From the NCBI GenBank assembly GCA_024644005.1, contig JAHELU010000004.1, forward strand, positions 1-51,011: DNA of 51,011 bases. Direction: 5' to 3'. Within the stretch, counting starts at the first letter, position 1; each line of letters starts with the position of its first letter. This document shows, piece by piece, positions 24,970 to 34,808 of this stretch. The notes below the pieces were generated by a model. That model was not told where the DNA came from. It saw nothing but the letters and a program-made list of their open reading frames with translations, and searched no databases. The position numbers were made by a program, and so were the translations under genes. The stretch is from Acidimicrobiales bacterium (GTDB taxonomy: Bacteria; Actinomycetota; Acidimicrobiia; Acidimicrobiales; SZUA-35).

Positions 24970-26391
24970 CGCCGCCAGTGCGGTGGCCGCCGCCTCGGCA
25001 TGCGTGTGGTGGCTCATCGCCCGCTCGGCCCGGATCTCGGTCAACGCCTCTCGATCGACGGAGCACGGCACGGTGACCGGATCGACGTCGAACAGCCGCG
25101 CCGCGTTGTAGCCCAGGATCTTCCGCTTGATCTCTGTGGTCAGGGCCGGGTAGCCGAACCGCTCCTGGAGCTCGTCGCTGATCTGGAACGTCCTGAAGGC
25201 CTGGATCTGATCCTGCGGCGAGCCGTACCAGATCGAGTCGGTGCCCCACAGGATGTTGTCCTCGCCGACGGCGAGGAGGAGCTTGCCGATGAGGTGGGCG
25301 GCCTCGTCCGGCCTGGTCATGAGGGTTCGCCAGGTCGAGCCGAGCTCGGCGTACACGTTCGCTCCCGGGCCGATGCCGGACCGTCGCAGGGAGGTGATCA
25401 GCCGGTTCACCCCGACCTCGGCGCTCACGTCGTCGTAGGGTCCCTCGGCCGTTGCCGCCTCGAAGCCGGAGTGGTAGACGAGCAGGCTGATGGCTGGATG
25501 GTTGGTCGCCGCCGGGCCGATGTCGGCCGGCGACGAGGCGGGGTCGTTGCCCGAGAGGCCCTTGTGGACGGCGACGATCGGAACGTCGACCGCCGCCACC
25601 TGGGCCAGGTAGGCGTCGCCGGTCGCATCGTCGAGCCGCCAGGGCGGACCGCCGGCGTGGGTATAGGTCTTGAAGGCCCGGATCGGGAACTCGGCCGCAA
25701 CCTCGGCCATCGCGTCGAGCCCGAGCGAGGTGGGGAACGACTCGCCCTGCATCAGTACCCGGCCCTCGCAGCCCACCCGCTCGGCAGCCTCCATCGTGCG
25801 CTCCATCACCTCGGGCGACAGCGCTCCCGGGGCGAAGGGGATCGCGGACAGCATCACCAGATGGGTGTCGCTCTCCAGGAACAGCAGCTCGAGGAAGTGC
25901 TCGATCGAGTAGCAGTCGCCGGGGTCGGCCTCGCCGCACGCCGACTGGGGGAAGCCCGGGGCGCCGGTGCCCGGTCCGAGCTCCAGCAGATGGTTCTGCA
26001 CGTCGAAGATGAACTCGTCGTCGAGCGGGCCGACGGCCCGCTCGGCCGCCTCGGCATCGAGGGTCGAGGACGACTCGGCGCCGACCGTGCTCGACGGAGC
26101 GCCGGAGGGGCCGCTGGTCGGTTCCGGCTCGACCAGGAAGGTCCCGCCGGTCCGACCCGATTCCCTGGTGCAGGCCGCCAGCACCGACAGCGTCGTGGCC
26201 GCGCCCAGTGACGAGCGGAGGAACTGGCGCCTCGTCAGTCCGACCCGGCGGGCGTTGCGGTCGACTGCGGCGTTGGCTCGGCGGACCGCCTCCCTGGCCA
26301 GCTCGTTGGCCGGCGGGGGGACGAACTCGCCGTTGCCGCACGGCCCGAGCTTGATGGGGAGCCCCGGATCCGGTGGTTCTGGCCTGGCCAC
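24949..26391 (-). CDS. Amidohydrolase-family (Amidohydro_2-like) protein with twin-arginine/lipoprotein-like leader
   Basis: TRRQFLR...LAAC, FIFDVQNH, FKTYT, AVHKG, VYHSG, YAELGSTW, LWGTDSIWYGSPQ, KILGYNAARL. Confidence 0.82.
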   Translation of the reverse strand: MARPEPPDPGLPIKLGPCGNGEFVPPPANELAREAVRRANAAVDRNARRVGLTRRQFLRSSLGAATTLSVLAACTRESGRTGGTFLVEPEPTSGPSGAPSSTVGAESSSTLDAEAAERAVGPLDDEFIFDVQNHLLELGPGTGAPGFPQSACGEADPGDCYSIEHFLELLFLESDTHLVMLSAIPFAPGALSPEVMERTMEAAERVGCEGRVLMQGESFPTSLGLDAMAEVAAEFPIRAFKTYTHAGGPPWRLDDATGDAYLAQVAAVDVPIVAVHKGLSGNDPASSPADIGPAATNHPAISLLVYHSGFEAATAEGPYDDVSAEVGVNRLITSLRRSGIGPGANVYAELGSTWRTLMTRPDEAAHLIGKLLLAVGEDNILWGTDSIWYGSPQDQIQAFRTFQISDELQERFGYPALTTEIKRKILGYNAARLFDVDPVTVPCSVDREALTEIRAERAMSHHTHAEAAATALAASQNPST

Positions 26392-26444
26392 CGGGCCAGT
26401 CTCCCACAGCCTGGCCTAGGACGGCCGCCGGCCGGCCGTCGCGG

Positions 26445-27608
26445 TCAGGCCATGACGTGAACCGGCGTCCCGTTCGGCAGCTCGTCCGGCAGGTACTCGG
26501 CGATGTGCATCGGCAGCCTGATGCAGCCGTGGCTGGCCGGATACAGCGGCACCGACTGAGAGCCGTGGAGGGCGATGCCGCCCCGGAAGTAGAGCGGGTT
26601 GTAGAGCCGGCCGATGTCGAGGCTCGACTCCCGCCAGCCGGAGATCCGCCGGCTGATGTGGAAGTCGCCGACCGGGGTGATCGAGCTGCCGCTGTGCTCC
26701 TCGTTCTTCCAGGGAATGCCGCTGCCGCTCGAGGCGTGGGAGATCAGCACCGGCATGTCGTCGCCGGGGTCGTAGACCTTGACCAGTTGCTGGGAGAGGT
26801 CGACTTCGACCCAGCGCAGCTCGTTCGTCCGCTCCGGCTGCCCGATCTCCCCGTCGAGCAGCTGCTGCCAGGCCTTCTCGTCGAGCGGGCCCCAGTCGCC
26901 GTCGACGACCACGCCGGCCAGCTTCTCCAGCGCCCAGACGGCCTCGACGGTCCTCCTGCCGTACTCGCCGTCGATGGGCCCCGGATCGAAGGGCCCGTCG
27001 GCCAGCCGCTGCTGCAGCTCTTCGACCTCGTCGCCCTCGTCGCCGGCCCGGAGCAACAACCCGTCGTAGCGATACTCGGCCAGTGCCGTGACCGTCGCAG
27101 CGTCCGCAGTGCCGGTCGGCTCGAGATCGACCAGGCCCTGGAACGCCTCGACCGCCGCCGCCGTTCTACGGCCGTAGGACCCGTCGGCGGATCCGGGGGT
27201 GAATCCCAGCGCGTCCAGTCGGTCCTGCAGGGCCACCACCACCGGGCCGGAGTCGCCCCGATCGGCCGGTAGGAGCGTCACGATCGACGCCGGCTCGGTC
27301 AACCTCCCCGAGGTGATGTCGCCCACCGTGATACCGGCGCCGTCCGGCGCGCTCGGGTCGCTGTCGGTCTCGGGGTCGACGCTGCCGCTGCTCCGGTCCG
27401 GATCGGTGGTGGCGGGCCCGGCCGGTGCCCGATCGGTCGAGTCGCTCGTCGCCCGGTCGTTCGTCGCCGAGTCGACTGCGGTCGAGCCGATCGAATCGGC
27501 CCGCCCACCGTCGGCCGCCGGTGCGCCGGCTGCCTCCGAGCCGGCACCCCCGCAAGCGGCGGCGAGCAGCATCATCGTCAGAACCGTCGCTGTCAGCCGG
27601 TGTCCCAC
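26445..27608 (-). CDS. L,D-transpeptidase family lipoprotein with two peptidoglycan-binding domains
   Basis: LLAAAC lipobox; two LQxRL...DGxYGxxT repeats; ALHG...SHGCIRL catalytic motif. Confidence 0.9.
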   Translation of the reverse strand: MGHRLTATVLTMMLLAAACGGAGSEAAGAPAADGGRADSIGSTAVDSATNDRATSDSTDRAPAGPATTDPDRSSGSVDPETDSDPSAPDGAGITVGDITSGRLTEPASIVTLLPADRGDSGPVVVALQDRLDALGFTPGSADGSYGRRTAAAVEAFQGLVDLEPTGTADAATVTALAEYRYDGLLLRAGDEGDEVEELQQRLADGPFDPGPIDGEYGRRTVEAVWALEKLAGVVVDGDWGPLDEKAWQQLLDGEIGQPERTNELRWVEVDLSQQLVKVYDPGDDMPVLISHASSGSGIPWKNEEHSGSSITPVGDFHISRRISGWRESSLDIGRLYNPLYFRGGIALHGSQSVPLYPASHGCIRLPMHIAEYLPDELPNGTPVHVMA

Positions 27609-27755
27609 CTGCTGCGCCTCTCTCGAGCCTCTCTCATGCTTCTCTCGTAGGTGCGCCCGCCCGACCCGGGCTGCGCTCCTACCCTATAGACGCATAGCAC
27701 ACCGATGAGGTTCCCCGGTAGGCGGGATGGCGGAGCGACCGTCGTCTCGGCGCCG

Positions 27756-28430
27756 TCATCGTCCCACTTCGCCCGAGGTGCCACTCTGGGGGGCTCGGCG
27801 CTCCGAGCGCCTCGCCGCCACCGGTCTCTGGCTGCCGGCGGGGCCCAACAGGGCCAGCCCGACCATCGATCCGACGAGGCCGCCGGTGCTCGATAGCGCC
27901 AGGTCGAGCACGGTGTCGCCATAGGTGAGAGCGAGGCCGCCGGCGCCGCCGAACCCGTCCTCCGACACCGCCCACTCCATGACCTCCCACCAGACGATGG
28001 CGATTGCGCCGACACCGTAGCCGAGCAGGATCGCCTCGTCTCGCCTGTGCACATTGCGGAACCGGAAGGCGTGGAAGGCCGCCACCAGCAGCACCCAGTT
28101 CGCCGCATGGAGGACATCGTCGGTGGCCGGATAGCGGTCGTAGAAGCCGAAGAGGTTGCCGAGCGTGTCCACCAGGAACGGGGCGGCCAGCAGGGCGTCG
28201 GCCGTGTGCGGGTAGGGCCGCCAGCGACGCAACCCGGCCAGCATCGGGACCACCACCGCAGGAGCCAGGAACAGCGGGGCCCGGAACCCCATCGCCTTGC
28301 CTTCCACCGACGACGGCTCGAAGCCGATGGCGATCGCGAACGACAGGACGAGCCCGGCCTTCACGGCCAGGTTGGCCACCGCCGTGTACGGCTGGCGATC
28401 GAGATGGAGGACCCTGGTCGGAAACGGCAC
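27756..28430 (-). CDS. Hypothetical integral membrane protein (DUF2238/YjdF-like)
   Basis: Several TM segments with FYDRY..TDDVLH, WEVMEW, DTVLDL; GTG start inferred. Confidence 0.6.
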   Translation of the reverse strand: MPFPTRVLHLDRQPYTAVANLAVKAGLVLSFAIAIGFEPSSVEGKAMGFRAPLFLAPAVVVPMLAGLRRWRPYPHTADALLAAPFLVDTLGNLFGFYDRYPATDDVLHAANWVLLVAAFHAFRFRNVHRRDEAILLGYGVGAIAIVWWEVMEWAVSEDGFGGAGGLALTYGDTVLDLALSSTGGLVGSMVGLALLGPAGSQRPVAARRSERRAPQSGTSGEVGR

Positions 28431-28588
28431 CGGACCAGTGTGGCACCGCCTACTGGTCCGGGCCGGCTTCCCATGGCAACGGTCGGCCGATCTCCGCCCT
28501 CGCGACGACGAGCGACGCAGCGCTCGCCCGACCAACGGGCGGTCGGTACGCTCGGATCGTCGGGATGGTGCCGGTGGTTGGAGGCGGT

Positions 28589-29410
28589 ATGGCCGCAGAT
28601 GCAGGAGCCTGGGATCGAGTGGGTCCGCCACCGGGCGATGGGCTCGAAGGCAAGGTGGCCATCGTGACCGGGGGAGGAGCACTCGGCGACGGCATCGGCA
28701 ACGGCCGGGCCGCAGCCCTCCTCCTGGCACGGGCCGGGGTCAACGTCGCCGTGGTCGACCGGCAGGAGGCACTGGCGGCCCGCACAGTCGAGATGATCGA
28801 GGCGGAGGGCGGCACCGCCCTGGCCCTTGCCGGCGACGTGACCGTCGAGCGGGACTGTGCGTCGATCGTCGCTGCGGTCATGACCGCATTCGGTCGGATC
28901 GATGTGCTCGACAACAACGTCGGGATCGGCAGCCGGGGCTCGGTGGTCGATCTCGATCCGGAACGGTGGGACCTCGTGATGAAGGTCAACGTCGCCTCGA
29001 TGGCCACGATGTCGAGGCACGTCGTCCCGGTGATGGCCGCCGCCGGCGGGGGCGCCATCGTCAACATCTCGTCGATCTCGGCGTTGCGACCCCGGGGGCT
29101 GACGGCGTACTCCACGTCGAAGGGGGCGGTCATCGCCCTCACCAGAGCCATGGCGGTCGACCACGGTCCGGATGGGATCCGCGTCAACTGCGTCGCCCCG
29201 GGTCCGGTGTACACCCCGATGGTGGCCGGCAGCGGCATGTCCGAAGAGCTGCGGGCGCGACGACGAGATGCCTCGGTGCTCGCCATCGAGGGGACCGGGT
29301 GGGACATCGGGAACGCCGTCGTGTTCCTGTCCTCGGCCCGGGCCCGGTACATCACCGGCCAGACGCTCGTCGTCGACGGGGGCGTGACTCTGGGCGCGCC
29401 GCAGCGCTAG
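28589..29410 (+). CDS. Short-chain dehydrogenase/reductase (SDR)
   Basis: GGAGG RBS; VTGGG...GIGNG, NNVG, NISS, YSTSK, IRVNCVAPG, ITGQTLVVDGG. Confidence 0.92.
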   Translation: MAADAGAWDRVGPPPGDGLEGKVAIVTGGGALGDGIGNGRAAALLLARAGVNVAVVDRQEALAARTVEMIEAEGGTALALAGDVTVERDCASIVAAVMTAFGRIDVLDNNVGIGSRGSVVDLDPERWDLVMKVNVASMATMSRHVVPVMAAAGGGAIVNISSISALRPRGLTAYSTSKGAVIALTRAMAVDHGPDGIRVNCVAPGPVYTPMVAGSGMSEELRARRRDASVLAIEGTGWDIGNAVVFLSSARARYITGQTLVVDGGVTLGAPQR

Positions 29411-29551
29411 CCCTGCCCGCGGGCGCTCGCCATATCGGCGCAAGGGTGTGGATCCCGGCTGCTGCAGCGACTACGGTCGCGCCCTGCGGGATGGGCGACC
29501 GACGTTCGATTCGCCTTTGCCGTGCACCACCACGGGCGAAGGGAAGACAAA

Positions 29552-30889
29552 ATGGCCGAGAACGATGCCGCTGGCGACGAGCTCCATCCGTACGGAGCCG
29601 GCTCGCACGGACCACTGCAGGACGAGCGCGAGATGCCGACCTGCCATCCCATCAAGGGGCGCGTGCGGGAGGACGGAACGAAGCTCTACCACCGGCCGGA
29701 CGGCCGGGATTACGAGTCCACGATCGCCGAGGTCTGGTTCGACTCCCCGTCGGCGGCCGAGGCGGCTGGGTTCGTCCTGGCGCCCACCCATCCCCCGGGC
29801 TCGGTCGGCGCAGACTTCGAGCCTGGTGCATCCGGACACCCCTGTTCCGCCGAGATGGTCGACGCCGCTCGAGCCGCCGCCGCCGGTCTGGCCGGCACCG
29901 TCGGGGACGGGGACGGGGACGGGGACGGTGCTGGTGCTGGTGACGGCGAGGAGCCGGCTTCGCCGGCGCCCGGTCAGGTGGCAGCCACCGGTGCTGCAGC
30001 CGGTGCCGCTGGCGCAGCCGCGATCGGTGCTGCCGGCGCCGCCAGCGCCGCAGCCGACGCCGCTGGCGGGGAGCTGGTCGGTGATACGGCGTCCGCCGCC
30101 GCTGACGGGACGAGCGCCGTTGCGGCCAGTGCCGCGGAGACCGTGGAAGACGTCGCGCCCGGCGGAGCCGGGCTCGGCACTGCCGCGCCAGGTGCAACCG
30201 GGGCCGCAGCGCTGGCATCCCAGCACGTGGGCGCTGCCGCATCCGGGATGGCGAGCGATGCCAGCGGTGCCGTCGGCCGAGCCGCCGGTGGTGGCGATGG
30301 TGACAGCGGTCGGGGACTCGGCAGTCCGGCGACCGGTGGTGGCCTCGCCGACCGGTCCGGTCTCGGCCGCTGGTTGTGGCTGGGGATCGGCCTGTTGGGC
30401 CTGGTCGTGCTCCTCGGCCTGCTGCTGTCCCAGTGCGGCAGCGACGACGAGGAGAACGAGGCCGGCACCGCCGACACCGAGGCCGTAGACCCCGCCGCTC
30501 CCGGCTCGGCCGACGACCCGGCGCCGACGATCGAACCGGCCGACGACGCCGCGGCGACAGACGATGCCGGGACCGGCGCAGAGGATGCGGTCACCACGAC
30601 CGCCGGGTCCGATGGCGCGGATCTGGAGGCGTTGGCGTTGGCGGCGCTGGCCGATGCGGGTTACGACGGGGTCGGGGTGGAGGTGGATGGTGACACGGTT
30701 CGGTTGACCGGTGAGCTCGGTTCGCAGGACGAGCGGGCTGCGGCCGAGGCGGCGGTGGCTGGCGTGGCCGGTGTTGGCGGTGTGACGAACGAGATCACGG
30801 TCGCCGCCGCAGCTGCCGATTCCGGCTCCGACCCGGACGAGACTCCGACCGCCGAGGCCACCGACGGCGATCCGAGCTACACCGGCTGA
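29552..30889 (+). CDS. Membrane protein: N-terminal 'sunset'-like small domain + Ala/Gly-rich linker + TM + BON domain
   Basis: PIKG...LYHRPDGRDYESTIAEVWFDSPSAAEAAGF; TM WLWLGIGLLGLVVLLGLLL; BON-like VEVDGDTVRLTG...AVAGVAGVGGVTNEITV. Confidence 0.72.
   Translation: MAENDAAGDELHPYGAGSHGPLQDEREMPTCHPIKGRVREDGTKLYHRPDGRDYESTIAEVWFDSPSAAEAAGFVLAPTHPPGSVGADFEPGASGHPCSAEMVDAARAAAAGLAGTVGDGDGDGDGAGAGDGEEPASPAPGQVAATGAAAGAAGAAAIGAAGAASAAADAAGGELVGDTASAAADGTSAVAASAAETVEDVAPGGAGLGTAAPGATGAAALASQHVGAAASGMASDASGAVGRAAGGGDGDSGRGLGSPATGGGLADRSGLGRWLWLGIGLLGLVVLLGLLLSQCGSDDEENEAGTADTEAVDPAAPGSADDPAPTIEPADDAAATDDAGTGAEDAVTTTAGSDGADLEALALAALADAGYDGVGVEVDGDTVRLTGELGSQDERAAAEAAVAGVAGVGGVTNEITVAAAAADSGSDPDETPTAEATDGDPSYTG
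29903..29926 (+). repeat. (GGGGAC)4 tandem repeat encoding Gly-Asp
   Basis: Read directly within the low-complexity linker. Confidence 0.8.
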
Positions 30890-30908
30890 TCGGCTCACCG
30901 GCCTGCGG

Positions 30909-31235
30909 TCACCAGTGCGGTTGATAGGGGCGGGCCATCTGGCCCCGGTTGTGGCCGATGTCGAGCTCATCCGGCTGCGGCAAACCGACCCGGTAGAACG
31001 CCACGATCTCGGCCACGGCGTACAGCCACATGCACCCGGCCATCGAGGCGCAGGCCACGACGCCGATCAGCGTCGCCCCGGTCCCGACGGCGATCACGCC
31101 CATGAGCAGCTCGAGCCCGACGGCGACCACCAGCGCCCGCCCGATATAGGGTCGTCGGCACGAGCAGCCGGTCCGGTGGTGACAGGGGCTGCCCGACGAC
31201 GGGTCGCGGTCGGCAGAGGGGATTCGTAGTTCCAA
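30909..31235 (-). CDS. Small hypothetical membrane protein (two TM helices); start uncertain
   Basis: Hydrophobic ALVVAVGLELLMGVIAVG...LIGVVACASMAGCMWLYAV filling the gap between confident genes. Confidence 0.4.
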   Translation of the reverse strand: MELRIPSADRDPSSGSPCHHRTGCSCRRPYIGRALVVAVGLELLMGVIAVGTGATLIGVVACASMAGCMWLYAVAEIVAFYRVGLPQPDELDIGHNRGQMARPYQPHW

Positions 31236-31428
31236 GGGGTTCCATTCGAGAGGCGCCGTCGAGCGCGGCACAGGCCGAGAACCTACGTCGACCGCAAGGC
31301 CGATTTTCTTGAACCTCCGACACCACGAATCGGCAGTGACATCGGCCACCCTGCGCTGGCGACGACGAACCGTCGCCGCGACCCGACGGTCGGTCCACTG
31401 CCGACCCCCGGGATCGGCTCGCGCCCGG

Positions 31429-32163
31429 TCAGCGGATCGCGTAGGGCAGGAGCCGGTGGTAGAGCGCCTCCGCCTGTTCCAGCACAGGGCGGAGCGCCGG
31501 CAACAGCTCGTCCTGTTTCGCCTGCCATGGTCCCCAGCCGGTCGACCGGTGGACCGCGTCGTACCAGTGCCGGGCCCAGACGCCGTCCTCGGGCTTCGGA
31601 CCGGCCGGCCACGACAGCATTACCGGGTCGTACTCGACACCGAGGCGGCGGCACAGCTCGGCCAGTACCGCCGGGGGATCGAGCAGGAGCGTCTTGGCAT
31701 CGAGGACGATCGGCTGCCGACCCGCAGCCAACAGGCCGTCGAGTATCTCGACCATCTCCTCGAAGCCGGTGTCGGCGAGCGTGGTGTCCGGCATCTGCTT
31801 CTGGAACGACGTGAGCATGTCCCGCGGCTCCCTGGTGAGGAGCACGTTCCGGCACTGCGACAGGAAGCCACGGTCCAGGCCCACGAGGTGCTTCGCCATC
31901 TGCTTGAAGAACACGATCGGTGTGTCGTAGTGACCGAGGATCACGTCGGACACCACCGCCTGGCCATCGGGGTCCTGGGATGCCAGCACCGCGGCTGCGC
32001 CGGGGTGGACCCGGCCGGTCCGACGCAGGTAGTGGGCGTAGAGTGGCTCGTCGACCACGGTGGTGTCGGCTCGCTGGCGCCACGAGTACATCAACGCGGT
32101 CGAGATGTTGCGGGGGCTCGACCACACGTTCAGCCGTAGCGTCTCCGTCGGCGGGCTCCCCAT
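31429..32163 (-). CDS. Sulfotransferase-like P-loop protein (family associated with class IV aminotransferases)
   Basis: WSSPRNISTALMYSW, DEPLYAHYL, FFKQMAKH, LTREP, MLSWPAGP..EDGVWARHWY. Confidence 0.8.
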   Translation of the reverse strand: MGSPPTETLRLNVWSSPRNISTALMYSWRQRADTTVVDEPLYAHYLRRTGRVHPGAAAVLASQDPDGQAVVSDVILGHYDTPIVFFKQMAKHLVGLDRGFLSQCRNVLLTREPRDMLTSFQKQMPDTTLADTGFEEMVEILDGLLAAGRQPIVLDAKTLLLDPPAVLAELCRRLGVEYDPVMLSWPAGPKPEDGVWARHWYDAVHRSTGWGPWQAKQDELLPALRPVLEQAEALYHRLLPYAIR

Positions 32164-32174
32164 CGATCTGCCGG

Positions 32175-33095
32175 TCAGCCCTGCCGCTCGACATCGGCCG
32201 CAACGGCCCGCCGGTACAGCTCGCGGAGCCGCGCCGTCATCGGACCCGGGCCGTCGTGCTCGCCGATGACCCTGCCGTCGACCGCTCGCACCGGCGTCAG
32301 GCCACCGAACGTGCCGGTGACGAACGCCTCGTCCGCATCGTAGACGGCGGTAAGGGAGAACGGTCGCTCGGCGGTCGGGATGCCGGCGCCGGCCGCCTCC
32401 TCCAGCACCACCGCTCTGGTGATGCCGGCGAGGTTGTACTGGCCGGTGGACGTCAGCAGTCGTCCGGACCGGACCACGAAGAAGTTCGTGGCGTTGCAGG
32501 TGGCGACCGCCCCGGTGGGATCGAGCATGAGCGCCTCGTCGGCCCCGGCGTGCACCGCCTGGATGAGGGCGATGACCTCGTGGAGCTTCGAGTGGCAGTT
32601 CAGCCGCTGATCGAGCGTGTCGGGCGGGGGCCGTCGGACGGTTGCCGTGAACAGGGTGATGCCCCGGTCGGCAACGGCGGGGTCGGCCCGCTTGTGCTCG
32701 GCGATGATCACCATGTTGGGTCCGCCGACCACGTTGGACGGGTGCTGGGACGGCGTCTTCTTGTCGCCCCTGGTGATCATCAGCCGGACGTGTACGTCGT
32801 CGGTCATGTCGTTCCGCTCGACCGTCCGCTCCAGGGCGTCCATGATGAACGCCCTCGTCCCGATGGCCAGGTCGACCGCGCGGGCCCCTGCGAACAGCCG
32901 ATCGAGGTGGCGGTCGACGAAGGCGAAGCGACCGCCATGGAGCCGGAGCCCCTCCCAGATGCCGTCCCCGACCAGGAATCCGCTATCGAAAACGGAGATC
33001 CTGGCCTCCCGGCGATGCTGGAACTCCCCGTTGATGTAGATCTCGATCTCGTCGTTGCGGGGATCGTGGACCGCCGCGTGCGTGCTCGTGGCCAT
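32175..33095 (-). CDS. Aminotransferase class IV (branched-chain/D-amino acid aminotransferase-like)
   Basis: ISVFDSGFLVGDGIWEG, HLDRL, NCHSKL, CNATNFF, LAGITR, EAFVTGT. Confidence 0.9.
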   Translation of the reverse strand: MATSTHAAVHDPRNDEIEIYINGEFQHRREARISVFDSGFLVGDGIWEGLRLHGGRFAFVDRHLDRLFAGARAVDLAIGTRAFIMDALERTVERNDMTDDVHVRLMITRGDKKTPSQHPSNVVGGPNMVIIAEHKRADPAVADRGITLFTATVRRPPPDTLDQRLNCHSKLHEVIALIQAVHAGADEALMLDPTGAVATCNATNFFVVRSGRLLTSTGQYNLAGITRAVVLEEAAGAGIPTAERPFSLTAVYDADEAFVTGTFGGLTPVRAVDGRVIGEHDGPGPMTARLRELYRRAVAADVERQG

Positions 33096-33131
33096 CGAGC
33101 CACGGTAGTGGTCACGCACCACGGGCCCGGC

Positions 33132-33770
33132 TCACGATCGGTAGGCGATGTAGGACTTCGGCATGCCGAGCCAGCGCTCGACCAGGAGCTCGCAGTCGGG
33201 GAACAGCGCCTCCATGTCCGACCTCCGCAGCAGCTGGATCTCGTCGACCAGGTCGTCGACCGCAGCCCGGGTCGGTCGATTCATCAGACCCCACACCGTG
33301 AAGTTCCGGTAGAGCCGGCGGCGCCACGATGGGGGCAGCCAGTGGACGAAGGGCGTGATGAGATGCGGCTCGAGGAAGAACTCCCTGGCCGGAGTCTGGA
33401 TCCACACCCGCTTGCCGACCCGCTCCGCCTCGCGAGCGAACCTGACCTGGTTCTGCCGCGTGTAGAGGTGCTCGATGACGCTGTTCGAGAAGGCGATGTC
33501 GAACCGCTCGTCCTCGAAGTCGAGGTCCGTGGCGTCACCCTGTACCACCCGCATGGTCGGCCGATGATCCTCGTCGAGTCGGACCTCGGTCTTGTTGACC
33601 AGCGTGACCCGGGGCTCGACGTCCAGATAGGTCCAGTTGAGGGCGGTCCCGCCGATGTCGACGATCTCGGTGTCGGCCGAGGGGCGCATGAGCTCGGTGA
33701 ATCGCTTCATCCGCTTCTTGCGAGTGCCGGTCAGCCGGAAGATGACCCGGTACAGAACATGGATGTCCAC
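33132..33770 (-). CDS. Class I SAM-dependent methyltransferase
   Basis: IVDIGG, GDATDL, FDIAFSNSVIEH, QTPAREFFLEPH. Confidence 0.85.
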   Translation of the reverse strand: MDIHVLYRVIFRLTGTRKKRMKRFTELMRPSADTEIVDIGGTALNWTYLDVEPRVTLVNKTEVRLDEDHRPTMRVVQGDATDLDFEDERFDIAFSNSVIEHLYTRQNQVRFAREAERVGKRVWIQTPAREFFLEPHLITPFVHWLPPSWRRRLYRNFTVWGLMNRPTRAAVDDLVDEIQLLRRSDMEALFPDCELLVERWLGMPKSYIAYRS

Positions 33771-33825
33771 AGTCGTGCCTTTCCCGCACTGATCGTGTCC
33801 GCTCGGGGGACACCGTAGCGGCGAG

Positions 33826-34710
33826 CTACGCTCGGTCGTTGCCGACGGCCGGTCCGGCTGCGGTCCGCTCGGACCGCTCGATCGAGACCGGCGTGCCCAG
33901 GGGCAGGAAGCGGGCCATCCCCTCGATCGTGGGGTTGGCCACCCGGATGCAGCCATGGCTCACGTCCTGGCCGAGCAGGTCTGGCCGATTCGTGCCGTGG
34001 ATACCGATGACACCGTTTCCGCCGTTGAACGACTGGAGGGTGTCGCTGTACCCGGACAGCCCGTAGGCGTAGGACCCGTAGATACCGTTCGGATCCCTCG
34101 GCCGGACGAGCTCGACGAGGTAGAACTCGCCGAGCGGTGTCGGGGTGTCGCCGGTACCGATGGCGACGGCGGTCGAGAGCTTCACCCGGCCGTGGTGGTA
34201 GATGGTGAGCCGGTGGGCATCGGCATCGACCTCGATGCGGTAGGGATTGACGCTCATCTCGACGTCGCCGAGCGGGATCCAACCGGTGGTCCCGTTCGGC
34301 CGGACCGGCAACTGCACCTCCAGCCAGCCGTCGAGCGGGGGACCGACGGCCCGGAACACGAGGGGTCCCCCTCGGTCGGTCGGGTTGGCGAACTCGGCGA
34401 CCACCCCCGCCTGCTCGGTCGGGGCCGCCCTGGCCACCACACCGTCGGTCAGGGCGTGGGCCACGATGGTGGGTGCCGTCCGGCCCTCGACGCCGGCGAC
34501 TCGGGCGATCTCCTCTCGACCGGCCAGCGGCCCATCGATCGTGATCGGATCGATCATCGGTCCCGCCGGCCCCGCCATCGGGCTCGGTCGTCCGCTCTCA
34601 TCGAGCTCCGGGATGACCACTCCCGATGCGATGGCCACCAGCAGTGCGGCTACCGCCCCGACCAGCGGGCCGGTGATCCCCGCCGGCTCGTGTCGTCGCC
34701 CGTCGACCAT
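33826..34710 (-). CDS. L,D-transpeptidase (YkuD family), membrane-anchored
   Basis: N-terminal TM; LPVRPNGTTGWI, TPTPLG, IGIHGTN...SHGCIRV; GGAAGG before the ATG. Confidence 0.9.
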   Translation of the reverse strand: MVDGRRHEPAGITGPLVGAVAALLVAIASGVVIPELDESGRPSPMAGPAGPMIDPITIDGPLAGREEIARVAGVEGRTAPTIVAHALTDGVVARAAPTEQAGVVAEFANPTDRGGPLVFRAVGPPLDGWLEVQLPVRPNGTTGWIPLGDVEMSVNPYRIEVDADAHRLTIYHHGRVKLSTAVAIGTGDTPTPLGEFYLVELVRPRDPNGIYGSYAYGLSGYSDTLQSFNGGNGVIGIHGTNRPDLLGQDVSHGCIRVANPTIEGMARFLPLGTPVSIERSERTAAGPAVGNDRA

Positions 34711-34808
34711 GTCCAACCTTCCGTCGTCCGGCCCCGCGGTGGGAGCGCTCCGGTTGACAACACACCGTACCCGCACGATCGCTCAGCAGCAGCAACCAGC
34801 TGCAGCGC

